Shown piece by piece: positions 1 to 12,139 of a stretch of DNA of 64,000 nt; positions within the stretch are counted from its first letter, which is position 1, and each line of letters begins with the position of its first letter. A program made the position numbers and the translations under genes. The notes beneath the pieces were generated by a model that searched no databases, had not been told where the DNA came from, and saw nothing but the letters and a program-made list of their open reading frames with translations. The DNA lies in assembly GCA_043228905.1 (NCBI GenBank), contig JBHGNT010000009.1, positions 6,448,001 to 6,512,000 of the forward strand. The letters run 5' to 3'. Origin of the DNA: Azolla caroliniana. Lineage: Eukaryota; Plantae; Polypodiophyta.

Positions 1-3000
1 CGGTGCAGCCGTCAACATTTCCTTTAGTCTCTGGACCGCCTCTCTGTGTTCTTCGCCCCATTCGTATTTCCTGCCTTTCTTTAGCAAGCCGTAGAGTGGC
101 TTGGTGATATGTGCATAGTGCAGAATCCATATATGGTAGAAGGCGTATGCTCCCAAGAACCGCTGGACGTCCGTGACGGATCCACACTATTCTTTCATGG
201 CCGGGATGGCCTCTACCTTTGCTAGGGACGTTTTTCGGCCAGATGGCCCGCACAGGTGGCCGACCACAAAGATCTCCAGTTGCCCAAAGGCCGAGTTCGC
301 CCGGAGAAGGTAAGCCGAGCACCCTCAAGCTTCTGAAGTATCTTCTCGCAGTCGGAGATGTGGTCCGTGACAAACCTTCGACATCTGTTTGCTCTAATCG
401 ACTCATCCTTTGTGTCCTCCGGTCACCCCTTGATAGGAATGTTGTCTAGGAATGGCATGGTGATGTCCTGGGTGCAGTCCCTCAATACTTTGTTCATCAC
501 ATTCACCATGTGCGCCACCAAATTGGTCCCTCCTTGCGGTAGGGTACACATCCGAACTAGGCCAAGAGGAGTTCGCATCGTCGTTATGTCTTTGCTTTTG
601 ACGGCTAATTGGAATTGGTTGTACCCCGAGTATAATTCTCCGACCGAGTATATGAACCTTCTGGCAAAGGCCTCCACGAATTCGTTGATTGACAGCCCGA
701 CTCCCGTATTGTGAATGGTCACTTTATTGACCGGTTGCAAGTCTTGAATGAAGCGCAGTAAGCCGTTCTTCTTTTGTACTGTAAACCACCTATTTGAGTA
801 AGGGGCACTCGACGGCTTGAGGATGCCCAACTCCATTTTTTGCTTAAGAAGCTCCATCAACTTCGGGAGGTGAGCTCTAGGTACCTGAATCGGATTGAGA
901 CTCCATGGCACGTGCGGTACCATGAAGATTACCATTGGTTCGACAATGGTTGGGTCGACGCACTTGATCTCTCCCGGCGAGAATGCGAAGGCTTTTCCAT
1001 GCTTCTCGAGCATCCCCATGAACCGGTCCTCTTTCTCCGGTAGTAGGAAACCAACCCCACCGTTCTTCAGCTCTCGTAGCATCTTGTTAGTGAATCGGTG
1101 TCCTATGCCGACTGGATCTCGCAAGCTTGGGTCGGTAGTGACCCCCTTTATTCGTTCCCAGCTGCACTCCGGGAAGGGAGCCGCGACTGGCTTCACCTTC
1201 TGGTCCACAGACTTGTACTTTTTGTCCACGTGGGCGGTCTAATGCGCCCCGATTTCCCTCTGGAAGTTCATGATGACTTCGTACATCTCGACTGAATTAA
1301 TCGGTATGATCCGGTCTTCACTTAGACCCCTTTCGACTACCCTCTCGATCTCCCCAAGGGTGTCATCGAATGAGACTACCTCCACGACGTCGCCAATCTC
1401 CTCGTGGGGGCCCAAGGCTCCACACTCCTTCAAGCTCCCTTCGACTCGTTTCTTGTTCCGACCACTAATGCCAGTTATGGTACAACCTCCGTTGTCAAAG
1501 AACAAAATTTTCCTACCTATACTACAGGTGTGGGGTTTGTTCCGGTCGTCCAGACTATCGCGGCCCCACGCCTTGATAGCCCTTTTTAAAAATCCTCTTA
1601 GCTGTCCTTGTCGAGAGTGTCTCTATTGCGCTCATGGTTTTGTTGTATTGTCAGTAACTAAATGGAGTGACGAGCGTCTTGACTCTTCACCCTTGCATAG
1701 GCCGAACCATTGTGCAACACTTTGGTTTCCATTCGTGCGGCTGTGATATATGGCTCGCTGAGGATGACCGGATGAGAGGATTTCTCTTGCACGAAAAAGT
1801 GTTGGTCTATGTCAATGTCACCGACCCTTACTTGTACATTCAGGCAAGCCCCGTGTAGCTCCTCCGTGGCCCGCGTAGCCGCGCGTATCTTCCACCCGTG
1901 CTTGGTGTTGATTGGTCATTTGCCCTTTTTGAAGAAGTCAATGGACATTAGGTTAATTTCCGACCCATGGTCAATCAACGCCACCACTGGCTCCTTCACA
2001 TCCCCGATCCGAACCAGGGTTTCTGTCGTTGCTCTGGCCCAATGTGGCCTTGTGTAGTGGCTTTCCGCAAGCTCGTCCTCTGCGGCCACCTCGTCGAACA
2101 ACGCTGCCCTTACTCGATCGGCTTCTCTAGTTTTGCCTTTGTCGCGATCCACTTCCTTGTTACGAGATCCACGATGCCATCGTGGAACTCTCTTCTTGCT
2201 ATGCCTAGCACTTCTCTCAATGTGAGTTCTACGCGACTATCGAGGATTCACTCTTCTAGGACCTTTCGTAGGTCTGTTGTTTTCTCGATTTCCGAGCTTA
2301 ACCGGAAACTCAGAACCCTGCCCTTTTCTCTTTCTTGAGATCTAGCCGGAGCAACATCGTTCTCCTTAGGTTCGCTCCGGGTATCATACCTCCCCGAAGG
2401 GCTCGCTCCTCCGGTCTTTTTGGACCAGGACCTCGGAGTTCTGGCAGGTAGCTTCTACAAAGCTGGTTTTCTCCTCAACTGGGTCGCTTCATCCAATGAC
2501 ATCGCATACGCGTCTTTCTACGCGGTTTGCTTCCCCCCTTTTCAACTTCCTTTCGGAGAAGGTCGCCAGTACCACCGGCCAAAATCCGGGGTTTCCATCA
2601 GGGCTAGTGGCCTTTCCACCCACGTGGATGCTAGTCGAGGCCGAGTAGTGGATAGCCTCGATGTGCCATGCTGCAACCTCCTCCATCAACCTCTTCATGC
2701 TACCTCGTCTGGTGGTCACTTCGAGCATTCTGCGCGGGTCACTCGTGTGCACCCTGCCATTCCAAAGGTACAACACGTCGTTTTTCAGTGCTTCGCAGAA
2801 GTCGACATAGTCTCTCTGGGCGTGATCGACGAGATCACACCATAAGCACCTTTGGTTAACCAACGGCCTCCGGTCGCACGGTTGGCCTCTATTGCCCCTT
2901 TGGGCCCGAGCGATCTGGAGATCGCGCATCATCTTCATTAGCTCCTCTAGAGTTGCGCCCCTGGATGGTCCCGTGATTACGTTGGTCGGGGCCTGGCCCG

Positions 3001-3724
3001 ACTCGAGCCACTTTCTCATTTCTTCTATTCGGGTTGGTGCCAACTTGACCCTTGTCTTTAGGGTCGAACCGACTGTCGACGACCCCTCCTCTTTCTAGTC
3101 TCGCCGTTTGTCGATCCGACCGCATACTCCTTTGACCACAACCCAGTCAACTGTGAGCCCTTCGTTCGTCTCCAAGAGGAGACCCACATTATCGCGGTCA
3201 AGCAAGTCGAACGACTTAACAAACAACAAAACCTTGCTCATGTCAAGCACGGTCTGGACTAGTGTGGAGAGTCGCATGAACCGCGACTTGAACTCCTGAA
3301 GGAGCGCAGATGCGTTCCGACCTTTGCTAGGGTTGTCAACCCAATCCATGAAATCTTTCTTTGACAGCTAGAGCGAGTCCTTGAACCTATATCGTTCGAG
3401 GATACGTCCCTCGAAGTTCACCCAATTGCGGTAGTCCGCTTGTACCTCAAGCACTTCTGCATGGATGCTTGGCGTTACGACCCGAGGAAACCTGGTCAAT
3501 CGTCTATCTTCCGGAATATTCTTCATATGGATCTCAGCCCCGTAGGCCTCCACGTAACTCGTGGCGTCTTTCCCATTAAACCGGCTTATCTTGTCGACCG
3601 TTGCTTCTATGGCCCTGTTAAGGGCACTCGTGCCCCCGCGAGCGCTAACTAGGCGGTCTACCGCCATCGCCATTGCTTCGGAGAGTTCGTTTCCTCTCAT
3701 CTTCGGATTCCTTTGCCACCCCTT

Positions 3725-3742
3725 TTCATGTCGGGTTCACCA
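3725..3742 (-). promoter_or_regulatory. Primer binding site complementary to tRNA-Trp 3' end
   Basis: Minus strand TGGTGAACCCGACATGAA versus TGGTGAACCCGACGTGAA, the complement of the plant tRNA-Trp 3' end as recalled (17/18). Confidence 0.8.
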
Positions 3743-3746
3743 ATGA

Positions 3747-4503
3747 TGTCGTGGAATTACATGCGGATGTGTAGAAATGGGGCAGGACCACGAGGGTCTT
3801 GAACCAAGGAATCAAGCAAAGAGGAGGAATATCCCTTGCGTTGTGTACACATAAACTGTAGACAGAATAGAGAGGGACAGGAGTGAGACGGTCGTAGGTC
3901 ACCGTTACAACGCAATATGATGGAATTGCAACACAGGACAACAGAATAGAATAACAATATTAGTTAGAACGTGCGCGTGATGCGCAGGGAGTACAACTAG
4001 TTTGAGTCGGGAATAGAGCTTTGAGCTCTACACTAAACACACGCAAAGTGATGACCCTCTGGTCGGGAGCACACGGGTGTCTGATGAGAGCATAGGATGC
4101 ACCTTCCAGGGTTCATTCGTCGGTCATAATCAGAGAGAGATAGAGAGATCGAGAGAGCTTCGGTACCCTGAACGACTGAGTTTTCTCCCCCCTAAAACAT
4201 CGATCCTAAAACAGTCTGGGGCCGCCCCTTTTACAGCATAAGGGACGGTTACATCAGGTTTTAATGACCTTTTGTTGTCCCTCTAGATTCTCTTCTTGAT
4301 CTTCTCCCATTATCCCCCCTTTTATTCTCCTCCACCCGCGTGATATTAAAGCACCTATTAAAGTCTAACTTCCTAGTAATCACCAAAACCCTATCACTAC
4401 TTAGTATTTACACATGTTAGTACAAAAGGGGGTGCACTTGTGCACACCCACGCTCACACGCATTTGGCTATGTTTCCCCTTGTGGCTTGAAATCTTCACG
4501 ACA
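3747..4503 (-). repeat. 5' LTR of Gypsy element 1
   Basis: TGTCGTG at 3747 and CACGACA ending 4503 form inverted termini; PBS lies immediately inside. Confidence 0.8.
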
Positions 4504-6384
4504 CCGTTACCGGAGGATAGTTGGCAATGGATGAAGGAAGTTAGCAAGGATCCGAGTCTGAGAAACCCGAAATCGATAGGTCATTTCTTCACTGATGAAT
4601 CGAGAGGGAAACTCTGATCCTGGAAGAATGGCTCCTTCTCCCCAAAGAAGAAGAAAGGTTTAGGATGATGCTTGAGAGACATGGAAAAGCCTTCGCCTTC
4701 TCTCCACAAGAGATCAGATGTGCTGACTTGAAGATTATAGAGCCGACGGTGATATTTATGGTGCCTCATGTACCTTGGAACCTGAAGCCGATAACCGGTT
4801 CCAAGAGCTCACATTCCGAAGTTGATTGAGCTTCTAAAGGAAAAGGTTAGGATGGGAATTCTTGAGCCGTCCAATGCTCCCTACTCCAATAGATGGTTTA
4901 TGGTGCCGAAGAAGAACGGGTCCTTACATTTTATTCAAGATCTCCAACCCGTCAACAAGGTGACGATCCGAAATGCCAGAATTGGTCCAAGCGTAGATGA
5001 ATTTTCCGAGGCCTTCGCTGGAAGATCAATCTATTCCATTGGTGATCTCTATTCAGGCTATGACCAGTTTCAATTGGCGGTCAATAGTAGAGACATAACA
5101 ACAATGAGGACGCTGATCGGGTTGGTAAGGATGTGCACTTTACCCCAAGGTGCGACAAACTCTGTAGCCCACATGGTGAATGGCATGAACAAAGTGTTGA
5201 AGGATTGTATCCCTGATATCACAATGCCCTTCTTAGATGACATTCTGATCAAAGGATGGTTGGGGGAAGAGAAAGATGAATCGAAAGATGAAGATGGTTG
5301 CTGAAGATTCGTCATCGATCATATAAAGGATAACGAGAAGGTGTTGCAAAAGCTTGAGGATTAAAATCTCACATTTTCGGGAGAGAAGTCTGCATTCGCT
5401 CAACCAGAAATATTGGTGGTAGGACACTTATGTGGATCTTATGGCCGGAAGCCATCTCCATCCAAGGTGAACGCTATTCAAGATATGAAAGAGGAATATG
5501 TGTCTCAAACAGAGGTGCGAAGATTCTTAAGAGCATGTGCATTCTATTACATATGGATTCCACACTATGCCCATGTCGATGAACCATTGTATGGACTACT
5601 AAAGGAAGAAGTTCGAATGGGAAGATGAGCATACCTATGCGGTTCAAAAGTTAAAGAAACTATTATTGGAAGCTCCAGCATTGTGCAAAGTCGACTACAC
5701 CGAAGGTACCCCAATATATGTGACAGTGGATACGAGCCCAACTGTAATTGGATGGGTGATAAACCAAGAAGACAAAGAAAAAATCGGTATGCAATCCGAT
5801 TCGGTGCACAGGTGTTGACTGAAAGACAAAGAAAGTATGCCCACGTAAACAGAGAGCTATGGGGGATAGTATCTGTGGTTAAAACTGATTGTGACTACAC
5901 CTTCTCGAAATAGAGGTCATAATTGAAACCGATTGTCTACCTATTGTCGGGATGATATCTGGTTGTGCTACACCGGATATTGCAATGTTGAGATGGATTG
6001 CCTATATCAAGTCTCTCAACCCCGAGATTCGACATATAAACGGGAAGCATAATGTGGTGGCCGATATGTTGTCAAGGGCAAGGTATGAGGGTGAAGAAGA
6101 TTTGCGCTTCGACGAAGAGGATGTTGGCCTAAACTTCTGTATGGTTTCTTGTGCTCGAGTGCTAGTAGTGTTTAGAGTAGAAGATTATGAGGGTGAATTC
6201 ATCGAAATTGGCAAGTACTTGAGCTCTCTTACAAAGGATGAATCATGGTCAAAGGAACACTTCTACCGAATTAGGAAGAAGGCCTACAAGTTCTTCCTCA
6301 AAGAAGGAAATCTACGGAAGTTTCCAAAGAGGAAGAAACAAGATCGAGAAACTCTAATTGTTGAATTTCATGATAGTGTGTGGG

Positions 6385-6492
6385 TGTCAAGAATAGTACT
6401 AAAACAGAGAGAGAATTAGTACTAGAGAAGGGAAGTACTATTAGTACTAAGAGGGCGGGACTGCGTAAGACTCTCGAGAGGGAGGAAAGAGA

Positions 6493-6557
<65 letters not shown>

Positions 6558-6870
6558 TGAGGACGATAAAGAGATGATGATAACAGATGATATATTATAG
6601 GAAGAGTAAGTACAAGATGGCTATGAGGCTTAAGACTGGTGTTGAACCAATTTGGTTCAACATAATGCCTAGTGCCTTCTTTTATAGTGTTCTCAGGAGT
6701 AATCCTGAAGCTTCTAGAATGTTCTAGAGAAATCTGGAATATACATTAATTTCCTATAATAAAACTTAAATGAAAATAATATCCTACGTATTACAATAGA
6801 TGGTATAATGGTCAAGAGCTCGACCCGTATAACATAAGGTCATGGGTTCGAGTCTTGCCATATCATGACA
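6385..6870 (-). repeat. Chromovirus 3' LTR with expanded (GA)n
   Basis: Near-identical to 11698-12139; TGTCA..TGACA termini. Confidence 0.95.
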
Positions 6871-7888
6871 CTATCTCTCCCTTAAGACGACGAGTGGAAC
6901 GAGTCGGCGCTGATTGCGAATTGGGTTTGTCTGGATACTTTCGGTGGAACTCAGCAAGAAGATCCTGAGCATTGGCGACATGCTCAATGGGTTCCCAAGT
7001 ACGTTCGCTTGGACTATAGCCGAGCCAATCGATCAAATAATAAAGTTTGTTGCAAACTAGTTTGGAATCAAGGACGACAACAACTTCATACTCCGGGCCG
7101 GCTTCCAACTCAAGCGGGGGCGGCGGTGGTGTAACACGATCGGGAATAGTGTTTGCTTTATAAGGTTCAAGAAGAGAGCTATGGAAAATCGGATCTATCT
7201 GAAGATGCGGAGGGAGATCAAGGTGGAACGTGACATCATTAACCTTACTAGTAATACAGAAAGGACCGAGTCGTCGATAATCCAACTTGTCGCACGGTCG
7301 AGTAGTCTTGATGTGACGACATAAGAGCCATACGCGATCTCCGATGGCAAAAGAGGAGGGAAGTCGATGATGATCCACATAAGTCTTCTGTGTGTGTTGA
7401 GCATGACGAAGATGAGTAGAGAGATCCATTTGGATCTTGCGTAGCCTCTCCAAATGATACTCGGCACGAGGATTGGCATGTAGCTCCGGGGTGTCGATCA
7501 CCGACCAAGGAGGATGAGAACCGGTGTAAGCATAAAATGGGGAGACCCGAGTCGAGGAGTGAACAACATTATTATATGCAAACTCTGCAAAGTGGAGAAT
7601 CTCGGCCCAATCGTCCTGTTGATAACTCAGAAAACACCGGAGATATTGTTCCAACGTTTGGTTTGTTCGTTCCGCCTGCCCATCGGTCTGGGGATGGTAG
7701 CCGGAGGAGAGGTTGCAAGAGACCTTGAGCATCTTGAAGAGATGCTGCCAAAATTTGGAGACGAATTGAGGTCCTCGGTCACTGATGATACTGTCTGGGA
7801 GGTCATGAGGCCGAAATACCTCACGCATGACAAGGACGTCGGTTTCCTCGCTAGTGATAGTCTTAGTACACGACACAAAATGTGCCAT
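6863..7888 (-). pseudogene. Chromovirus integrase core plus C-terminal chromodomain
   Basis: ISDRGPQF, YHPQTDGQAERTN, GPF motif, chromodomain EYEV..VLDSK...YYLIDWLGYSPSERTWEP. Confidence 0.92.
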
Positions 7889-7975
7889 CTTGGTTTATCA
7901 ATCGACGACGGTTAAGATAGCATCGAACCCCTTCGAGACCGGTAGATATGTGATAAAATCAAGACAAATAGACTG

Positions 7976-10447
7976 TCACGGCTTACTTGGAATCGGTAAG
8001 GGTTCCAACAAGCCATATGGATGGTGTCGGGGCATCTTTGCTTGGCAGCAAGCATCACAAGTCCGAACGTAGTCGTTGACGAAACGTCGCATATGGGGCC
8101 ACCAAAAAGATCGTTGAACGAGATCCAACGTCTTAGTACTACCAAAATGTCCCGCCGTATGGGTGTCGTGGCAATTTTGGACGATTTGAAGGTGACAGGA
8201 GCAATCGGGGACATATACAAGGTTTTTAAAGAATAACAAACCATCATGATATTCGAATTGTCGGTAGTCCATACCTGGTTGTTGAGATTGGGAACAGGAT
8301 GCCCGAGAGGTATCAATGTGCGCCAGAATGTCTTGAGCAAAACTGTCTTCCAATTCGCACGTATGGCATCGGTAATCTGAGAATCCATTGGGGTGTGAAA
8401 AATCCGCGTTGTGTGCAATCATGTTGGTCCCAAGATTACTTAATTTTGATTATCAAACGCTGGATCACCAGGAAGAGGTGCAAGATATGAACGTCGTAAT
8501 AGCGCGTCTACTTTTCCTTGTTGCTTCCCCGGTCTATATGTGATTTTGAAGTCGAAACGTGTGAGAAATTGAGCCCACCGAGCTTGCCGTCGATTTAGCA
8601 CCCGAGCGTTCTGGAAATAAGCAAGGTTTTTGTGATCACTAAAGACGATGACCTGATGTGGAGAGCCCTCTAAGAAATGCCGCCATTGCACAAAGGAATC
8701 CATGATGGCTAGTAACTCCTTGTCATGTATTTCGTAGTTGATTTCCGCGACATCGAATTTGCGCGAATGGAAAGCTACAGGATGTAACTCTTCTTTATCT
8801 CCTTGTTGAGAAAGGATGCTACCGAGGGCGAAATCCGATGCGTCGGCCTCCATGATGAATGGTTTCTTTGTATCCACATGAGCTAGAATAGGAGCTGATG
8901 TAAAGGCTTTCTTAAGATGCCGAAAAGCCATGTCCGCTTCATTGGACCAAAGAAATGCTTGTCCCTTCTTCGTAAGTTGTGTGAGAGGTAAAATAATATT
9001 CAAGTAATCCTGTATAAACTTGCGGTAGAAGTTAGCAAAACCTAGAAAACATTGTATATCTCGTACCGGCCGTGGAATTTGCCATGCTAGCACAATTTGG
9101 ACTTTAGCTGGATCCATGGAGATGCCCTTTGAGGAGATGACGTAGCCTAGAAATTCCACTTGCTTGCAGTCAAATCTACATTTTTCTAGCTTGGCATAAA
9201 GACCATTCTCGCGGAGTCATTTTAGTACTAATAGTACATGAGAATCATGCTCTTCCTTGGGTCTTCAAATAAATCAATAGATCATCCAGATAGATGATCA
9301 AACAGATATCCAAGAGGTCTCTGAATATATCATTTGCCATGTGTTGGAAGGTCACTGCGGGTGCATTGGTTAGACCGAACGGCATAACAGTATATTCGAA
9401 ATGCCCATACCGCGTGCGAAAGGCGGTCTTCCATTCATCTCCCGATCAGATCCGCACGAGGTTATATGCTCCAAGTAGATCGATTTTTGCAAAAAATTTG
9501 GCACCATTAACTCACTCTAAAAGACTTGATATAAGAGGAAGTGCATACCTATTCCGGATGGTGACTTTATTTAAGCTGCGGTAATCAACGATGAGACGAA
9601 GTGAGCCATCTTTCTTCTTGACAAAGAAGATGGGTGCACCGGCTGGAGATTTTGAATGACGAATAAACCCACATGCCAAGTTCTCCTCTATGTAGGCTCG
9701 AAGGACTTCTAACTCGGTGGGGGATAAGTTGTAAATTGGTCCCCATGGTGGTTCTGCTCCCGGTTGTAGATCGATGGGACAATCATAGGGACGATGATGA
9801 GGAATAGTACCGGCTTTTACTTTGTCAAATACATCGGCATAAGGATGATATTTCGTCGGAAGTTGTACTAAGGATTCCTCCTTAATAGTGTTGGAAGGAT
9901 GTATTGATATTGCAAATAGGAACATTGCCTCCTTGTGTCCTTCGCGTAATTGACGTAGTGAAATGGTCAAAACTTGAGGAATAGATTCTTGGGATTGTCG
10001 ATGTTGGACTTCTCTTGTTCTCCAATCTATGTCTGGATTATGTAATTCAAACCAAGGTAATTCCAAGACAATGGGATGCTCTGGACTACTAATTATATTA
10101 AATGCTACTACACACACAAAACTACTTAGGACAACTTGAATGGGTTCTGACTCTTCTACAATATTCCCGGAAGCAATGGGACGACCATCAATGACTACTA
10201 CAGATGTGGGGCAAGGAATTTTTCTTAAGGATATCTGAGAAGCTTGGGCAAAATTTCGATCCATGAAACAAGAATTAGCTCCGGAAACTAGAAGTGCTAG
10301 GACATGTACTGGGGGAGTACTTTTAGTACTAACCATGACTTGGGCTAGGAACACATTGCTAACTTGCTTGGAGGTAATGGAACCACTAATGGGCTGTACA
10401 GATCTAGGGTTGTCCAACCAAACGACTCCTATTTTGGCTGGACTCAA
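7976..10447 (-). pseudogene. Chromovirus pol (protease, RT, RNaseH, integrase zinc finger), fragmented
   Basis: LLVSGA (mutated DSGA), [49 protein letters not shown] motif in 7976-8422. Confidence 0.92.
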
Positions 10448-11531
10448 TCGTTTAACTCTTCATCTAATTGACTAAGGATTTCAAATTTGTTTGAGATACT
10501 TGGGCTATTAGTACTATTAAGACTATCAAACACTCTATTAGTACTATTAATACTATCAGACACTCCTAAGGCAAGAATTGACTCAGGTTTAGTACAAGCT
10601 ACGATTTGATTTACCTGTCTTCTTGGCCTATGGGGACAATTGATTGCAATATGCCCTGGTCCACCGCAATAAAGACATAATCGATTTGCACGTCGTCGTT
10701 GCTTTTCTTCTTCCGATAACGGGCCACGTCGACGCATGGTATCGATCTCCATCGGTGTCGAAGTATTTACTTGAGGTATGTCTTGTGCAAACGGTTTAGC
10801 CGCGACTGAGGCGTAAGTGGGCTCCGGCCTAGAGCGTGGTATCTGTAATTGACGTTCTGAACGCCGTTTGAAAAGGCGGTTGTCACATCGGACTGCTCGA
10901 CTAATTGCCTCCGTAAGAGACTTTGGTTCTTTGGGGAATGTTAGAAGTAGATCTTTGACATCGTTTAGTGAAACTACTCCATTAGTGAAACTGCTCCATT
11001 GTGCCTGATCATCCCAGGGGATATCTGAAGCGAGTAGACGGAAATCTGCCGCGTAGGCAGAGGCTGGACGATCGCCTTGACGCAGTTGTCGGATTTTGTT
11101 TATTGCCGTCCGGATGTTGTCTGTATCTCCAAAGCAAGCTTTAAACTCACTAATAAAGTCTTTAAAGTTATTTAGTAAGGGCGATTGTTTTTCCAGAAGC
11201 GGGGGAAACCATGCCAAGGCTGAGCCGTGAAGCAACGTGCTTATTAGGCCAACTCGGGATGCATCAGTGGGATATGGAGAATGATGCATTTGAATGACTA
11301 AGCGTACCTGATTGAGGAATCCCCTAATTGCGATCGTGTTCCATCAAATTTCACAGGAAGTCCAATCTTGGGCTCTTTATGAAATCCGTGGGGACTTGAT
11401 CCTTGTTGTTGCAACGTTGCTTCAAGTTGTTGCACACGTAAAGCTAACTCGCCATGTTGTTGTTGCAACTCCCCATGTTGTTGCTGCGTTTGATGTTTTT
11501 CTAAGGCAATTTGTTGAAGATCCCCTAACAA
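10444..11531 (-). pseudogene. Chromovirus gag, frameshifted
   Basis: EPKIGLPVKFDGTR, retrotransposon-gag LRQG motif, CLYCGGPGHIAINC zinc knuckle. Confidence 0.9.
10450..10456 (-). promoter_or_regulatory. Candidate gag-pol -1 frameshift heptamer G TTA AAC
   Basis: Followed by one codon and the gag stop; the -1 frame runs directly into the pol ORF that starts at 10447. Confidence 0.55.
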
Positions 11532-11697
11532 CCGCTAGTTTTCTTGTTCCAAGGCAACAAATTTTTCTTTTAGACAGTATAGCTCGGAGAAAACGGATTG
11601 GTATTCTTGGGCGCTAACAGAAGCCATTGTATAGAAAAAGGATAAGAGGATGAGGGAAACCAAAAGAAAGACTAGAGAGGAGGAAATTGGTTCAAAC

Positions 11698-12139
11698 TGT
11701 CAGGAATAGTACTAAAACAAAGAGAGAATTAGTACTAGAGAAGGGAAGTACTATTAGTACTAAGAGGACAGGACTGCGTAAGACTCCCAAGAGGGAGGAA
11801 AGAGAAGAGAAGAGAGAGAGAGATAGTGAGGACGAGAGAGAGATGATGATAACAGATGATATATTATAGGAAGAGTAAGTACAAGATGGCTATGAGGCTT
11901 AAGATTGGCGTTGAACCAATTTGGTTCAACATAATGCCTATTGCCTTCTTTTATAGTGTTCTCAGGAGTAATCCTGAAGCTTCTAGAATGTTCCAGAGAA
12001 ATCTAGAATATAAATTAATTTCCTATAATAAAACTTAAATGAAAATAATATCCTACGTATTACAATAGATGGTATAATGGTCAAGAGCTCGACCCATATA
12101 ACATAAGGTCATGGGTTTGAGTCTTGCCATATCATGCCA
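11698..12139 (-). repeat. Chromovirus 5' LTR
   Basis: Near-identical to 6385-6870; minus-strand TATAAAA at 11955-11949. Confidence 0.95.

Larger units (their letters stand above)
1..4503 (-). mobile_element. Ty3/Gypsy non-chromovirus element 1 (5' LTR, PBS, degenerate gag-PR-RT); 3' part lies outside the window; nested in element 2
   Basis: Gag fragments 2489-3700, protease ALIDHGSEINLMS (1916-2152), RT ending ITMPFLDNIPIKG (423-1229). 5' LTR 3747-4503 bounded by TG..CA. Element-2 pol (PLPEDSW) resumes at 4504. Confidence 0.9.
6385..12139 (-). mobile_element. Full-length Tcn1/Tf1-like chromovirus (Ty3/Gypsy), inactivated by frameshifts and stops
   Basis: Paired LTRs 6385-6870 and 11698-12139, 5-bp TSD GTGGG (6380-6384, 12140-12144), gag CCHC knuckle, PR-RT-RH-IN-chromodomain order, PPT next to 6870. 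Confidence 0.95.

Noticed and set aside
1270-1746. Antisense ORFs over Gypsy/Copia pol (many in the ORF track)
   Set aside because: Shadow frames of retroelement coding sequence with no independent support.
6797-6870. Functional tRNA gene
   Set aside because: Acceptor and anticodon stems do not pair; only the A/B boxes and their spacing are tRNA-like, so it is reported as an LTR module.
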